NCBI GenBank assembly: GCA_963755715.1
Contig: CAVWLW010000012.1
Span: forward strand, 1 to 62,260
Direction: 5' to 3'
DNA from: an uncultured delta proteobacterium
Lineage (GTDB): Bacteria > Desulfobacterota > Binatia > UBA9968
Length of the DNA stretch: 62,260 bases
Below are positions 51,012 to 61,422 of this stretch, in pieces. How positions within the stretch are numbered: position 1 is the first letter of the stretch; the number at the start of each line of letters is the position of its first letter. The notes under the pieces were generated by a model. That model ran no database searches, had not been told where the DNA came from, and worked only from the letters and a program-made list of their open reading frames with translations. The translations under genes and the position numbers were made by a program.

Positions 51012-51344
51012 CTAGCGGTACGCCCAACCCGGGCGGTCATCTTGATAGTAACGGCCGAAGGCGCGGTGCGGACGGTCGAGGATTTCACGTTTTACGGCGG
51101 GATGTCGTTTCAAAAACTTTTCGAGATCGTCGTGCTTGTCCAAATATTTCTTGCTGTTGACCAGATTGGGGTTGTTGCGCAACTCGGTCGATACCTTGGG
51201 ATGGTCCTGCAAGAAATCGTGGAACTGCCGCATCTCATCGTGCAGATTGCTCCAGGCCGCTCCAGGGGTACCGAGGACCGACAGTGCTAGCGTTAGAATC
51301 AACGCACTCGACAAACTATACCAGTGAGCTTTTCTCGTTTTCAT
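51012..51344 (-). CDS. Small secreted helical protein
   Basis: GGGAG RBS, signal peptide, internal repeat FL..HP (FLQDHP / FLKRHP). Confidence 0.65.
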   Translation of the reverse strand: MKTRKAHWYSLSSALILTLALSVLGTPGAAWSNLHDEMRQFHDFLQDHPKVSTELRNNPNLVNSKKYLDKHDDLEKFLKRHPAVKREILDRPHRAFGRYYQDDRPGWAYR

Positions 51345-51453
51345 GAGAGGTTCTCCCTTCGTCCCTTTAGACGTCGGCAAAACAATTTTGTTTAACGCAC
51401 TTCGACGCAAGCCGGATTTGGCCCTGAATCCGTGTCTTAAGACGAATTATATC

Positions 51454-52224
51454 CTATTTGACGAACAGGTGTGTGCCGTGAGTCAGGCGGGGGTCGAAGG
51501 GCTTGAGGAGTAAGGCATCGCCTTTAAGAACGGCCGAATAGGGTGAAGGGCCGAATCGCCGCAGCCAATCGACCAAGGGACTGGCCGCGTCGCTCGGAGT
51601 GAGGAATTCAAAAATATGCGGGCCTACTTCAAAGCGCAGGCCTTCTGCGCCGAGATCAGCGACGGTGATTGCCGTACCTCTTTTTCCTAGAAGAGAACCA
51701 TACCACTTTTCAATTTGTCGCAGTTCGCCGACCGCGACCCTGACTTTGTCGATGCCGGTGACGCCGTTCCGATGATGAAACGTTTGCGGAATGCGCTCGC
51801 TGCGCGGCGTGACATCCTCGATCAAAAACGGCGCAATGCCGCGATGACTTCCGGTCGCGAGCGAAAGGAGCCATTTGAGCTCATAACCGTCCGGCCGTTT
51901 TCGTGACCAAGGGATCGGATCGTTGATCGCAACGCCGGCAGCTTGCAGCTTCTTGGTATCGCCGCGCAGGTCGTCGGTCTGAAAACAAAAATCGACCAAT
52001 CGTTCGCCGTGGCTCAGCGGCTCCCACCAACGGTGATCGAGAGCCTCGCGATAAAAGGCGATGATTTCGAGATAAGAGCCGTCCCGGAGCGAAATCAGCA
52101 CATTATGGCTGCCGACTGGATGCTGTCCACCTGGAATAACGGTGAAGCCGAGCTGTTCATAGTCTTTAGCGGCTTGATCCAAATCTTTGACGACGACAAC
52201 GATATGATCGATCCCTTGAATCAT
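51454..52224 (-). CDS. VOC/glyoxalase-like (Glyoxalase_3) protein
   Basis: IDHIVVVV.DL..A...Y..LGF.V..GG.HP.GSHN, YLEII, R.RPDG..L.W, PFLIED.TPR. Confidence 0.9.
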   Translation of the reverse strand: MIQGIDHIVVVVKDLDQAAKDYEQLGFTVIPGGQHPVGSHNVLISLRDGSYLEIIAFYREALDHRWWEPLSHGERLVDFCFQTDDLRGDTKKLQAAGVAINDPIPWSRKRPDGYELKWLLSLATGSHRGIAPFLIEDVTPRSERIPQTFHHRNGVTGIDKVRVAVGELRQIEKWYGSLLGKRGTAITVADLGAEGLRFEVGPHIFEFLTPSDAASPLVDWLRRFGPSPYSAVLKGDALLLKPFDPRLTHGTHLFVK

Positions 52225-52268
52225 GCAAGGCAACTCTCTACATCATCTATATCTTGTGTTCGGCCTAC

Positions 52269-53247
52269 CTAGCGAAGCTTAAGTTCTTGTTGAACATTGC
52301 GCAGAAAGCTCAGGTCCACGATCTGCGCGGCCGGAATATCTTTTTGAATTTTGCTGGTCGACTTCGCCTGAAAAATCGCCGCCTGCATGGCTGCGTCGGT
52401 GGCGCTGCCATCGCGGCTCATGGTCTTCACGATCAACTCGTAGCTTTTGTCGGCCTGTTTGCGGTCCAGTTTCCAGAAGCGCTGCGCGAAGGTGGTTACT
52501 TGCTCGGGCTGCTGGCGAATGAACAGCAAAGATTTTACGATTGCGCGCACCATTTTCTTGACTTGGTCCGGACGTTCTTTAATGCGGCGCTCGCTCGTAC
52601 CCAGGACGCCCAGAAGACTGTCCTCCATGAAGTCGCCGCTGAAAACCAAAAGTCGAAATCCCAGGGCCTCTGCCTTGAGATCGTTCGGTGGAGTCACTAT
52701 GGCGCCCGCGACTGTGCCGGTCTGCATAGCCGCCATGCGCTGAGGCTGGTCGCCTAAGCCGACGGTGGTGATGTCGCGGTCGGGATTGAGTCCGTAGTGC
52801 TTGACGATCTCTCTCGCCGTGAAGTCTGTCGTCGTGCCGGGGGTTGAGATCGCGATGGCTTTGCCTTTGAGATCTGCGACGGTTTTTATTTCCGGTCGCA
52901 CGATCAGTGACAGCGAAGGTTTCACGCCGATGGCGGCAAGCATTTTGATCGGCAAGCCTAAAACGGGAGACCGTACCGTCGCGTCCGCAGAAGTCGTGTA
53001 GCCGAGCTCGCCGGCAAGCAATGCCGCCACGACGACATTGCCCGTGACCCTGACGAGCTGCACGTCGAGACCTTCTTCGCGGAACTGGCCGAACTCGCGG
53101 CCGACAAACGCGGGAAAATGACTCATCGCGGTCGCCGGGTAACCGAGTGTGACTCGCTCCAATTGAGTGTGACCCAGGACCGGCGAAAAGGCGGCGATCG
53201 AGTAAACGATGGCGGCAACGAAGCCCCGAGGAAGTTCGCAGGTTCAT
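52269..53247 (-). CDS. ABC substrate-binding protein, NMT1/SsuA-like (frameshift in signal region)
   Basis: FREEGLDV, DLKGKAIAISTPG, AMQTGTVAG, VDLSFLRNVQQEL. Confidence 0.85.
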
Positions 53248-53278
53248 GATGATTGATTCTACCAAGTTGTTGCGCTCG

Positions 53279-54278
53279 TTACTTGAGCGCCGGCGCGACT
53301 TCATCAAGAAAGCGTTTAAGATGTTTGTTTTGATCCCACGAGGTCATGCGCAGCGTGATGTGCTCGATGCCGGCGGCAAAATAGGCTTTCAATTCCTCGA
53401 CGCATCGTTGCGGACTTCCTGCGGTGGTGAAGCCTTCGACGAATTTCATGCTGAAGTTGGACGTGTAATATTTGTCTAAGAACGCTTTGCTTTCGTCGAG
53501 CGCGGCCTGACGGTTTTCGTTGATGTTGATGTTGTGGTAGAGCGAGCTGCCGATTTTTGCCGGATCGCGGCCTTCCTCTTTGGCCATCGCCAAGATGCGC
53601 GCCCATTGCGATTTGAATTCGTCCGGCGTGACTTTGTTGGTCATCCAGCCATCGGCATACTTTGGCGACCCGGCGCAGTCCTTTTTCGACTGCAGGCGAA
53701 GGCGCGCTCGCGCCATCCTTCCAGGTTAGACCAGTCGGATTGCTGGCGATCCAGATCGGCAATGGATTTTGCACCGGGCGCGGTTGGATTGTCACGCCTT
53801 CGAATTCATAAAATCGCCCTTTGTGCGAGGCTTTTTCTTCGTGGAAAAGTTTTTTCAAAATGACGATGCCTTCTTCGAGCCGGCCGACGCGCTCGGTGTC
53901 TTTGATGCCCATGACTTTGTGTTCCAACGCTTGCGCCGGACTCTGCTCGTTCGGTCCGCCGAGGCAAACGGCCAACCACGAACGGCCGCCAGAAATGACG
54001 TCCAAGCTCGCCCACTGCTGCGCCAGCAGCGCCGGGTGGCGATGCGGAAACGTAGCCATACAGCCGACGGCGAGCTTCACTTTTTTAGTAATCGCCGCAA
54101 GCGCCGAAAGGAGCGCGATGGACTCCAAGCGCGGTTTGGCGAGCAGGCTGTCACCGACCCAAACGGCGCTGAAAGCGCCGGAGTCTTCGCCGCGTTTCGT
54201 CATGTCGAAAAGTTCAGGAACCGTCACCGCGCCGATAATCACGCCGCGATTGGCTAAAGTAAGGCCGAATGAGCCCAT
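53279..54278 (-). CDS. LLM-class flavin-dependent oxidoreductase (frameshift at ~53665)
   Basis: FGLTLANRG, VWVGDSLLAKPR, LAQQWASLD..S.GR, QPRPVQ..PIWIA, ADGWMT. Confidence 0.9.
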
Positions 54279-54433
54279 AAAAATACCTTTCCAACAATCG
54301 AACGATTTAGGCGCTATATAACACAGCGACCCAATCAATGCGAAAGCATTGCCGGGTTGAAGAAAGTACGACTCCCGTGTCATGCTCGAAAAAAAATTTC
54401 CGTGGGAATTGCGCCACGCGCTAGGAGTACAAG

Positions 54434-56007
54434 ATGAAAGCGAGCTTCCGAGATTACGTCAACACACTGCGCCGGAACGACGAGTTGCTGGAGATCAGCA
54501 AGCCCGTAGATTTGCGCGATATCGCCGCATTGGTGGCGCAGTCGGAAAAGGCGCTGCTGTTCAAAAATCTGATCTGGATATTCCATGCCGGTCGTGTCCG
54601 GCCTATTACAGTCGCGCAATCGTATCGCCCTCGGCATGGGTGTCGAGTATGAAAATATCGCCGACAAGCTTGGCAAGGCGATGGACAAGCCGATCAAGCC
54701 CAAGCGTGTCGCCAACGCGCCGGTGAAAGAAGTCATTCACACCGGTAAAAAGGTGAATCTCTACGATTTGCCCGTGCCAGTATTCTCGATCATGGATGGC
54801 GGACCGATGATCACCGGCGGCGTCGTCATCGCCGAAGATCCTGAGTTCGGCATCAACGCTGGCATCTATCGGCTTGATGCTTAAAGAAAGAAATATCACC
54901 GGCATCGATATCGTGACGCCGAACAATATGCGCAAGTTCGCCGAGCGCGCGCTCGCGAAAAAGAAGCCGTTGCCGATTTCTATTTCGATCGGCACCCATC
55001 CCTACGAATTGGTCGCTTCCACTTTTAAAGCCAATCTTGGCGTCAACGAGCTCACCTTTGCCGGCGGTCTGCGCAACGAGCCGCTTCGCCTCGCGGACGG
55101 TGAGACCGTGCCCGTTCCCTGCATCGCCGACGCCGAGATCGTTCTGGAAGGAGAAATTCTTCCCGAAGGGTGGGTGCATCCCGAAGGACCGTTTTGTGAA
55201 TTCAACCGACTCATGGGCGGTCTGCACATGAATCCGCGCGTGCGCATCAAAGCGATCATGCACCGCAAAGACGCGATGTATTATGCGCTGCAAATGCCTT
55301 GGGAAAATATTTGGATGAGCGCGCCGATCTACGAAGCCGCCGCGAGACGCGTGCTCTTCGAAGCCGGCGTACAAACCACCGCGATCAATGTCACGCCGGG
55401 TGGCTGCTGCCACTGGCACATCGTCGCGTCGATCAAAAAAGCTCCCGGCGACGGCAAGAACGCGATCATGGCGCTACTCTCCATCGCCGACATTAAGCAC
55501 GTTACGATCGTCGACGACGATATCGATGTCTTCGATCCGGTCGACGTCGAATGGGCGGTCGCCACGCGCGTGCAAGCCGACCGCGATGTGCTCATTGTTC
55601 CTAATGCACGCGCCAAGCCGCTCGACCCGTCTTTGCCTCTGCCGCTGCACGGCAAAGTGCCGACGACAGCCAAGATGGGCATCGACGCGACGATTCCAGA
55701 GAATATCCCGGCGGAGCGTTACACGCGGATCGTTTATTTCAATCAGGGCAAGATTGATTTGAAAAACTATCTCGGTCCGGTGGACGAGGCGAAGAAACCA
55801 AGCGCGCCTTCGAAGCCCGCCGAAACCGTCGAGATGTTAGCTGAAAAGATCGTTGCACTTATCGAAAAGTCACATTGTTTTTTCGCCGAGCTCCTGGAGA
55901 AATTTCCGAGGGTGGACTACAAGACTGTCGCTAGTGCGGTGGCGCGGTTATACGAAGAGGGGAAGATCAACCAGGATAAAGATGGGAAGTTCGAGTTAAA
56001 AGGCTAA
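54434..56007 (+). CDS. UbiD-family decarboxylase with C-terminal extension (frameshifts at ~54575 and ~54875)
   Basis: DGGPMIT, N.GIYR, ADAEIVLEG, EGPFCEF, VDDDID..D...VEWA.ATR.Q.DRD, KMGIDAT. Confidence 0.9.
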
Positions 56008-56376
56008 CACAGCGACGATACGGGTGTACTTACTAAGGATGACGGCTGCCTTGTCTTGGCCTTCGAGCAGCCAGTCAGGAGCACTTGACGCTTTCGCAGA
56101 CGTAAAAAGGCGAGCTTGGCGAAGATATATTCTGACTCGGAGAAACATCAAAGTATAACTGCAGTGATTGATGCATCTCCAGCCTGATAACTCACCGCGA
56201 TGCGACAATTAGAAGTGCTACGTACGCGACCAATATGCCAGCTACAACAGTGAGAGCGACAATAGATACCGCATTCCAGAAAGGTAATTGTTTAGATTTC
56301 ATCAACAATCATGACGGCCACGGCGCAACGGCTATGATATGTGACATCGAAAAAGGCGCCTTCGTGGTTGGCACGT

Positions 56377-56679
56377 TCATGGGCGCCAAACTCGCCGGCG
56401 CCTCAGCGGAGACGTTAAACCTGCGGAAACATTTGGTGTTGTAAGGGCCAAACCTGTGGCACTAAACGCCTTGTGTATTGAAGCGATCACACCCGGGCAA
56501 TGTTTGGCATATAGCAATAAATTCCGAGCTTCGGCTTCATCGCAGCTGAGGACTGCGTTGCCGCCGAAAAGGTCCAAGTGAACGGCTTTCTCAATGATCG
56601 ATTTAAAGCGCGATCCGGCGGGAATGGATTGCGTGAGACAATGAAAGCTCTTGTCGTCAAGAAAAATTTTGAGAGTCAT
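56377..56679 (-). CDS. Small hypothetical protein; resembles 5950..6195
   Basis: AVLSCDEAEARNLLLYAKHCPGVIASIHKA. Confidence 0.55.
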   Translation of the reverse strand: MTLKIFLDDKSFHCLTQSIPAGSRFKSIIEKAVHLDLFGGNAVLSCDEAEARNLLLYAKHCPGVIASIHKAFSATGLALTTPNVSAGLTSPLRRRRVWRP

Positions 56680-56694
56680 TGTCAGTAAAGTAAG

Positions 56695-56814
56695 TCAGTG
56701 TTTATGTTGGTCGTCTTTGTCATCTTCGTTCATGATCACATAGACAAATGCGACGATGACCAAAACGATAAAGCTAACGAGCAACGCCGCGGCGTAAATT
56801 AGGAATGTCGTCAC
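56695..56814 (-). CDS. 39-aa single-pass membrane protein (not in ORF track)
   Basis: GGAG RBS 5 nt before GTG; MTTFLIYAAALLVSFIVLVIVAFVYVIMNEDDKDDQHKH. Confidence 0.55.
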   Translation of the reverse strand: MTTFLIYAAALLVSFIVLVIVAFVYVIMNEDDKDDQHKH

Positions 56815-57048
56815 AAAAGCTCCGGCACCCGACCCGTGAAAAAGGCGCTGAGGTAAGGAAGTTCAAAAGATGTCGTATCGAAGCTGCGATTTCCTTACCT
56901 CAGCTGAATGGAACACATGTGCATGGATTGTGCCCTAAGCTCGACAGGACTTTGGAGAGATCTGGTCAATGCGCGGGAGTTGAAGGCTCGTAAGGCCGGC
57001 GGCAATTTTGCCTGTTAAGGTTTTTCGCATACATGAAATCAGGTTAAA

Positions 57049-57640
57049 TTGTCGACTGACAGAAAAAGGGGAATTATAGCGATACACAAAACGGCGAGGG
57101 TAACGTACCGAGTCGACTTCTGGGATCGGAGCGGAAAACGCTTGCGAAAGACCTTTCCGCACGTCGACGCAGACAATCGATTTCGACAAAGAAACGCTCC
57201 CGCAGATGTCGCGCGGCGTTCATCACCCTATCGAAAGACACGGTGTTGGACTGGGCGCGCAGATAGTATAAACGAAAGTCAGACGCCGGTAGTTATCGCT
57301 TCGCAACGCTGCAGAATTGGCGGACTCATTGACAAGTACGTCGCGCCGATGCTCGGTGAAATCCAGATTCAACGGGTCGGGGTTGAAACGGTCGAGTCCG
57401 CGGCCGCAGAGTGGTCACCATGACATCAGTCAACAAGGCAAATAACGTGCTCACTGCGCCCACGGCGACCTTCAAGTTGGCGCAGCGCTATGGACCGATT
57501 GAGCAAAGGCAAACCTCGCTGAACTCGCCGAACGGCTGAAGGTTTCAAACGACGCAACCAAAGCCGAAGAGGTGAGACCGACAAAGGTTTATTCGCCAGA
57601 AGAGCTGCAGAAGGTGATCAACAAGACGGCGCCGGGAAGC
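57049..57640 (+). pseudogene. Tyrosine integrase N-terminal/core-binding remnant
   Basis: YRVDFWDRSGKRLRKTF, LIDKYVAP.LG.I, TATFKLAQRYG, VYSPEELQKVI; no catalytic domain; adjacent tRNA fragment. Confidence 0.65.
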
Positions 57641-57875
57641 TGTAGGGCTGGTTGGAATCGTCTTGACGGTGATCGGGCTGTACCTTCATAGTCCCACGCC
57701 CGAACAACTCTTCGCTGCTGATTTGCCCATGCACAATTGATTCTCAATCATGTGTCCAAAATCTGCCCATGGAGCTAGTTAATTCCAGCTTTGCTCAACT
57801 AGGCAAATCCCGTAAGTTGGCGGTTTATTTAGGTGGTATTATCTGACAAAAACTGCCATAATTTACTACTCGCTA

Positions 57876-57920
57876 CTACGAATCTGGGAATGGAGGGTTC
57901 GAATCCCTCCGGGCGCGCCA
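57876..57920 (+). mobile_element. att-like 3' half of tRNA-Arg(ACG)
   Basis: CT-ACG-AA anticodon loop, T arm GAGGGTTCGAATCCCTC, end GGGCGCGCCA; 5' half absent. Confidence 0.7.
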
Positions 57921-57924
57921 ACCA

Positions 57925-58266
57925 ATGAGGGTTGCGATCAATAAATTTTCACATGCCGATGTTTTCGACCGATGCTGGAAACGCCGTTCGGGGCATCGCC
58001 TAAATTCCCTACTGTTTGTTGTCCTTCTTTCCCTCGCGGTCCCTGGCTGTGAGACGACCACCACCACGATGCCTGGTCCTTCAAGCGGCTCCACCGGTAG
58101 AAGAGAAGCGCCGCGCGGCTTTTTTGACAAATTGACCGATGCAATAACCGAGCGGGAATGTAGCGTTGCCCATTTTACATGTCCCTACGGTTTCGGGGCC
58201 GCCGACGAACCTTGTGACTGTACCGACCCGCGCGGAGTTGTCTTACAAGGTCGTACGGTCAAGTGA
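57925..58266 (+). CDS. Small Cys-rich putative lipoprotein
   Basis: Hydrophobic stretch plus lipobox-like AVPGC; C-terminal C..C..C.C pattern (ECSVAHFTCPYG..EPCDCTDP). Confidence 0.6.
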   Translation: MRVAINKFSHADVFDRCWKRRSGHRLNSLLFVVLLSLAVPGCETTTTTMPGPSSGSTGRREAPRGFFDKLTDAITERECSVAHFTCPYGFGAADEPCDCTDPRGVVLQGRTVK

Positions 58267-58485
58267 CACTAAATGTGAACTGTACTTTTTTGTAACTCGC
58301 CGTTAAAAGTCAGCGCAAGAGTCTGCCGTGCGACCTTTTTTTAGTGGACGCGGCCGATTCATATTAGTTTTCACCTCAGTCGACGAATTTTTCGCATATG
58401 TCGTTGGCTCGAACACGATGGCAACGTCGCACGCCCCTTAGGTATAGTTGTTGCTCTGGCGAATCGTCTGAGGTGATCGCAAAAA

Positions 58486-58893
58486 ATGGTGAACGCATCG
58501 CGTCACAAGATATTGATCATTGAGAAACAGCCCAACTATACTCAACCCGTGGTCAAGCAGGTTCTCTTTGCCGGATTGCTTCCGTTGATCGCGGTGACCG
58601 GGGAAGGAGGGCTGCGAAAAGCGATCGAGCATCACCCGGATTTGATCTTGCTCGAGTTGGACCTTACGGATATGGACGGCCTGGAATTCGTGTCGCTACT
58701 TAAAGAAAAACCTCAACTTGAACAAATTCCTATCATTGCTATGAGCATCTTTCCGTACATGAAGAATGCTGCGTTGTATGGGGGGTGCGATGATTTTCTA
58801 AAAAAACCGGTGAAAATGATCGATTTGATGGGCCACATCAGGCGATTCCTATACGAAGCTCCATCCGTCTCTCCGAAACGATTGGCTCGATAA
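58486..58893 (+). CDS. Single-domain response regulator (atypical receiver)
   Basis: KILIIEK, PDLILLELDL.DMDG, IPIIAMS, GCDDFLKKP. Confidence 0.85.
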   Translation: MVNASRHKILIIEKQPNYTQPVVKQVLFAGLLPLIAVTGEGGLRKAIEHHPDLILLELDLTDMDGLEFVSLLKEKPQLEQIPIIAMSIFPYMKNAALYGGCDDFLKKPVKMIDLMGHIRRFLYEAPSVSPKRLAR

Positions 58894-59113
58894 GCCGGCC
58901 TTCCTGCATTTGTTCCTGTAAATATTTGACTCGTTGATGCCAGTTTGGTTTTCCTGCTACCTTTGATCGCCCCTCCGCGGCGGCCGAAGAAAGGCCTTGT
59001 CGTGTTCCTAGGAAAGATGTACTAGAACGATAGAGATCGTATTGCGTTTTGATTGCAGAGTGTTACGAGACATTTCTAGCCAAACGGACTAAATCGTAAA
59101 GGAGGCCAGGGCC

Positions 59114-59932
59114 ATGTCAGTTGTAACCATTGCTCACGCAGCCTTCAGTGGCGGGAATGCAATAGCTGAGAAGGTCGCATCCCTGTTGAATTATCGCTCG
59201 GTTGCTCGGGAAGTCCTAATCGAAGCGAGTAAACGCTACGGCATACCCGAGGCGAAGTACACTGAAGTGCTCGAAGGCGAGGGGCATTGGTGGGAACGTT
59301 GGCGAGAAAGCGTTCGGCTTTACCGCATCACTCTGCAAGCCGCCATGTGTGAAGTCGCCGAAGAAGGCAATTTGGTTTATTACGGACGTGCCGGCCAACA
59401 ATTGCTGCCTGGCATTCCTCATGTGCTCAAAGTCCTGATCGTTGCGCCGATGGAGTATCGCATCGAATTGGTGCGGGCGCAGCAAGGAATGGATAGCGAA
59501 AGCGCGCGGCAGTATGTGCGCGAGTTGGATCGAGTGCGCAGCCGACGTTTTCGCGCGGTCTTCAACGCCGACTGGCAAGATCCGATTGGACACGATTTGG
59601 TATTGAACAGCGGTAGGTTCTCCCCGGAGGTGGGCGCAGCGCTGATCGCCGACACGGTGCGACGGCCGGAATTTCAACCGACGCCGGAATCAACAAAAGC
59701 ATTTCAAGATTTGGCCACGACGGCGCGCGTCCAAGCCGCATTGATCACCTCGGCGAAAACTCGCAACGTTGTATTGAACGTTAAGAGCGACAACGGTACG
59801 GTCACCATCTCCGGGATCTTGGCCGATCCTGATTTGGAAAAAGAGATCGTGCGTATCGCCAAGAGCGTTGCGGGGGTGTTGGAGATCGTTACCGACATCG
59901 AACCGCCGCCGATCGAATACATGCATCCGTAA
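59114..59932 (+). CDS. Cytidylate kinase-like family protein with C-terminal BON domain
   Basis: VVTI...FSGG..IA, GN.VY.GR, LKVLIVAP...R, DW.DP..HDLVLN; BON-like V.SDNGTVTISG..VAGV. Confidence 0.85.
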   Translation: MSVVTIAHAAFSGGNAIAEKVASLLNYRSVAREVLIEASKRYGIPEAKYTEVLEGEGHWWERWRESVRLYRITLQAAMCEVAEEGNLVYYGRAGQQLLPGIPHVLKVLIVAPMEYRIELVRAQQGMDSESARQYVRELDRVRSRRFRAVFNADWQDPIGHDLVLNSGRFSPEVGAALIADTVRRPEFQPTPESTKAFQDLATTARVQAALITSAKTRNVVLNVKSDNGTVTISGILADPDLEKEIVRIAKSVAGVLEIVTDIEPPPIEYMHP

Positions 59933-59969
59933 AACGCGCCGAACGCAATTGTTTTTCCGGTAACAGGAC

Positions 59970-60488
59970 ATGTCGGTATTCGAAGCTCACGATATTGATT
60001 TTATGAAGCTCGCTTTGGCCGCCGCCAAAGAAGCTGCCAGCCGTTGGGAAGTTCCGGTTGGGGCCGTTGTCGTGGCGGCTGGAGAAGTAATCGGCACGGG
60101 TTATAACTGCCGCGAAGAGCGCCAGAGTCCGCTCGGACATGCCGAAATCGTGGCCGTCGAAGAAGCGTCCAAGCAGTTGGGTACTTGGCGTCTCGATCAA
60201 TGTGATATCTATGTCACGCTCGAACCCTGCCTCATGTGCATGGGCGCGATCTTGCAGGCGCGAATTCGCAAGTTAGTGTTCGCCTCTCTCGATCCGAAGG
60301 CCGGCGCGGTTGAATCTCTTTATCGATTATGTGAGGATCAACGGCTCAATCATCAATTACCGGCGCTAGGCGGCGTTCTAGCCGATGAATCCGCGGCTTT
60401 ACTTGCGGATTTTTTTGCGCGCCTAAGATCGCGCAAACGAGATACACGAAAAGCGGAGAGGTGGCCGAGCCCGGTTGAAGGCGCTTGA
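59970..60488 (+). CDS. tadA: tRNA adenosine(34) deaminase
   Basis: EVPVGAVVV, HAE, YVTLEPCLMC.GAI..ARI, DPKAGA, LNH. Confidence 0.95.
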   Translation: MSVFEAHDIDFMKLALAAAKEAASRWEVPVGAVVVAAGEVIGTGYNCREERQSPLGHAEIVAVEEASKQLGTWRLDQCDIYVTLEPCLMCMGAILQARIRKLVFASLDPKAGAVESLYRLCEDQRLNHQLPALGGVLADESAALLADFFARLRSRKRDTRKAERWPSPVEGA

Positions 60489-60546
60489 CTCGAAATCAAG
60501 TTTACCCGTAAGGGTAACGGGGGTTCGAATCCCTCCCTCTCCGCCA
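60455..60546 (+). tRNA. tRNA-Ser(CGA)
   Basis: Acceptor GGAGAGG/CCTCTCC-G-CCA, anticodon arm CTTGA-CT-CGA-AA-TCAAG, long variable arm, GGTTCGAATCC. Confidence 0.95.
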
Positions 60547-60710
60547 ACTATTCTCCATAACCAATCTTCTACTGTGGGGCGCGAGGTTTCGCTTTTGCAA
60601 GATTTGTACGAGAGTAGATCGCAGCGATTTTGAAAGGTGGATTGTTTAGCAGTCTGAAAGTCTAGCGAAGAAATTGCTTGAAAGCTTTTGCCGCGAAGTC
60701 TGCGAATCCG

Positions 60711-60992
60711 TCAAAAACTTTTTTTTAGGTCCCAGGACCAGGCCCCCCGGTCGTCGAAAACTGCTTCCTTGAACAGGACATCATAAAAAACTTCGATCAT
60801 CTCGCCGTTACCACGCATGCGCGCAACTCTGAGGGATGTCCAAATATCTTCCCAGGGAATCAACTTGGCGGGTCGGCTGTGTTCGGGTGCGTTGTCGCTC
60901 GCAATTCTAGACTCAATGCGGTCCCTGATTGTCGAGATCGTCGGCGTCGACCTTTTGTGATTGCGGTTGTTGCGATTAACACGCTGAGTCAT
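60711..60992 (-). CDS. Hypothetical small protein between the two tRNA-Ser genes
   Basis: 93-aa ORF preceded by a strong sigma-54 motif on the same strand. Confidence 0.5.
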   Translation of the reverse strand: MTQRVNRNNRNHKRSTPTISTIRDRIESRIASDNAPEHSRPAKLIPWEDIWTSLRVARMRGNGEMIEVFYDVLFKEAVFDDRGAWSWDLKKSF

Positions 60993-61078
60993 TTCTGTCT
61001 TGCTCTTTGCAAATGTGTAAGTCTTGTGAACAAATTACGGATCAGCGCGATCTGACGAACCGATTTCGCGGTTGTTTG

Positions 61079-61094
61079 AGCAAGTGCAATGCCA
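61079..61094 (-). promoter_or_regulatory. Candidate sigma-54 (-24/-12) promoter
   Basis: Minus strand TGGCATTGCACTTGCT matches TGGCAY-N5-TTGCW. Confidence 0.6.
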
Positions 61095-61422
61095 GGCTTT
61101 AGAATTATGTAGATTCAGTGGCTTGGCGATCTTTTTCTAAACCCAAAATCGTAAACGGTCTTAACACATTACAGCGAGGTTAAATTCCGACACGATCACC
61201 GCTAAATTAATTCCATTTGAATCAACATTTAAGCCATATTTTTAAAGTAATATCTTGTGTGTAAATAAACGTAAGATGATTTGACACTAAAGAAAAAAAT
61301 GGTCGCACCAAGGGAGACGATAAAAGATAATTCGAAGCAAGTCACCAATTTGTAGAAAATCGAGCGGCACTATGATAGCGTCGAACTATTCGCCGGCTAG
61401 CGTTGAGGATGCACGCTGAATC

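Noticed and set aside
57876-57920. Functional tRNA-Arg gene
   Set aside because: Acceptor 5' strand and D arm are missing; treated as an att remnant. Its proximity to tadA, whose substrate is tRNA-Arg(ACG), is probably coincidental.
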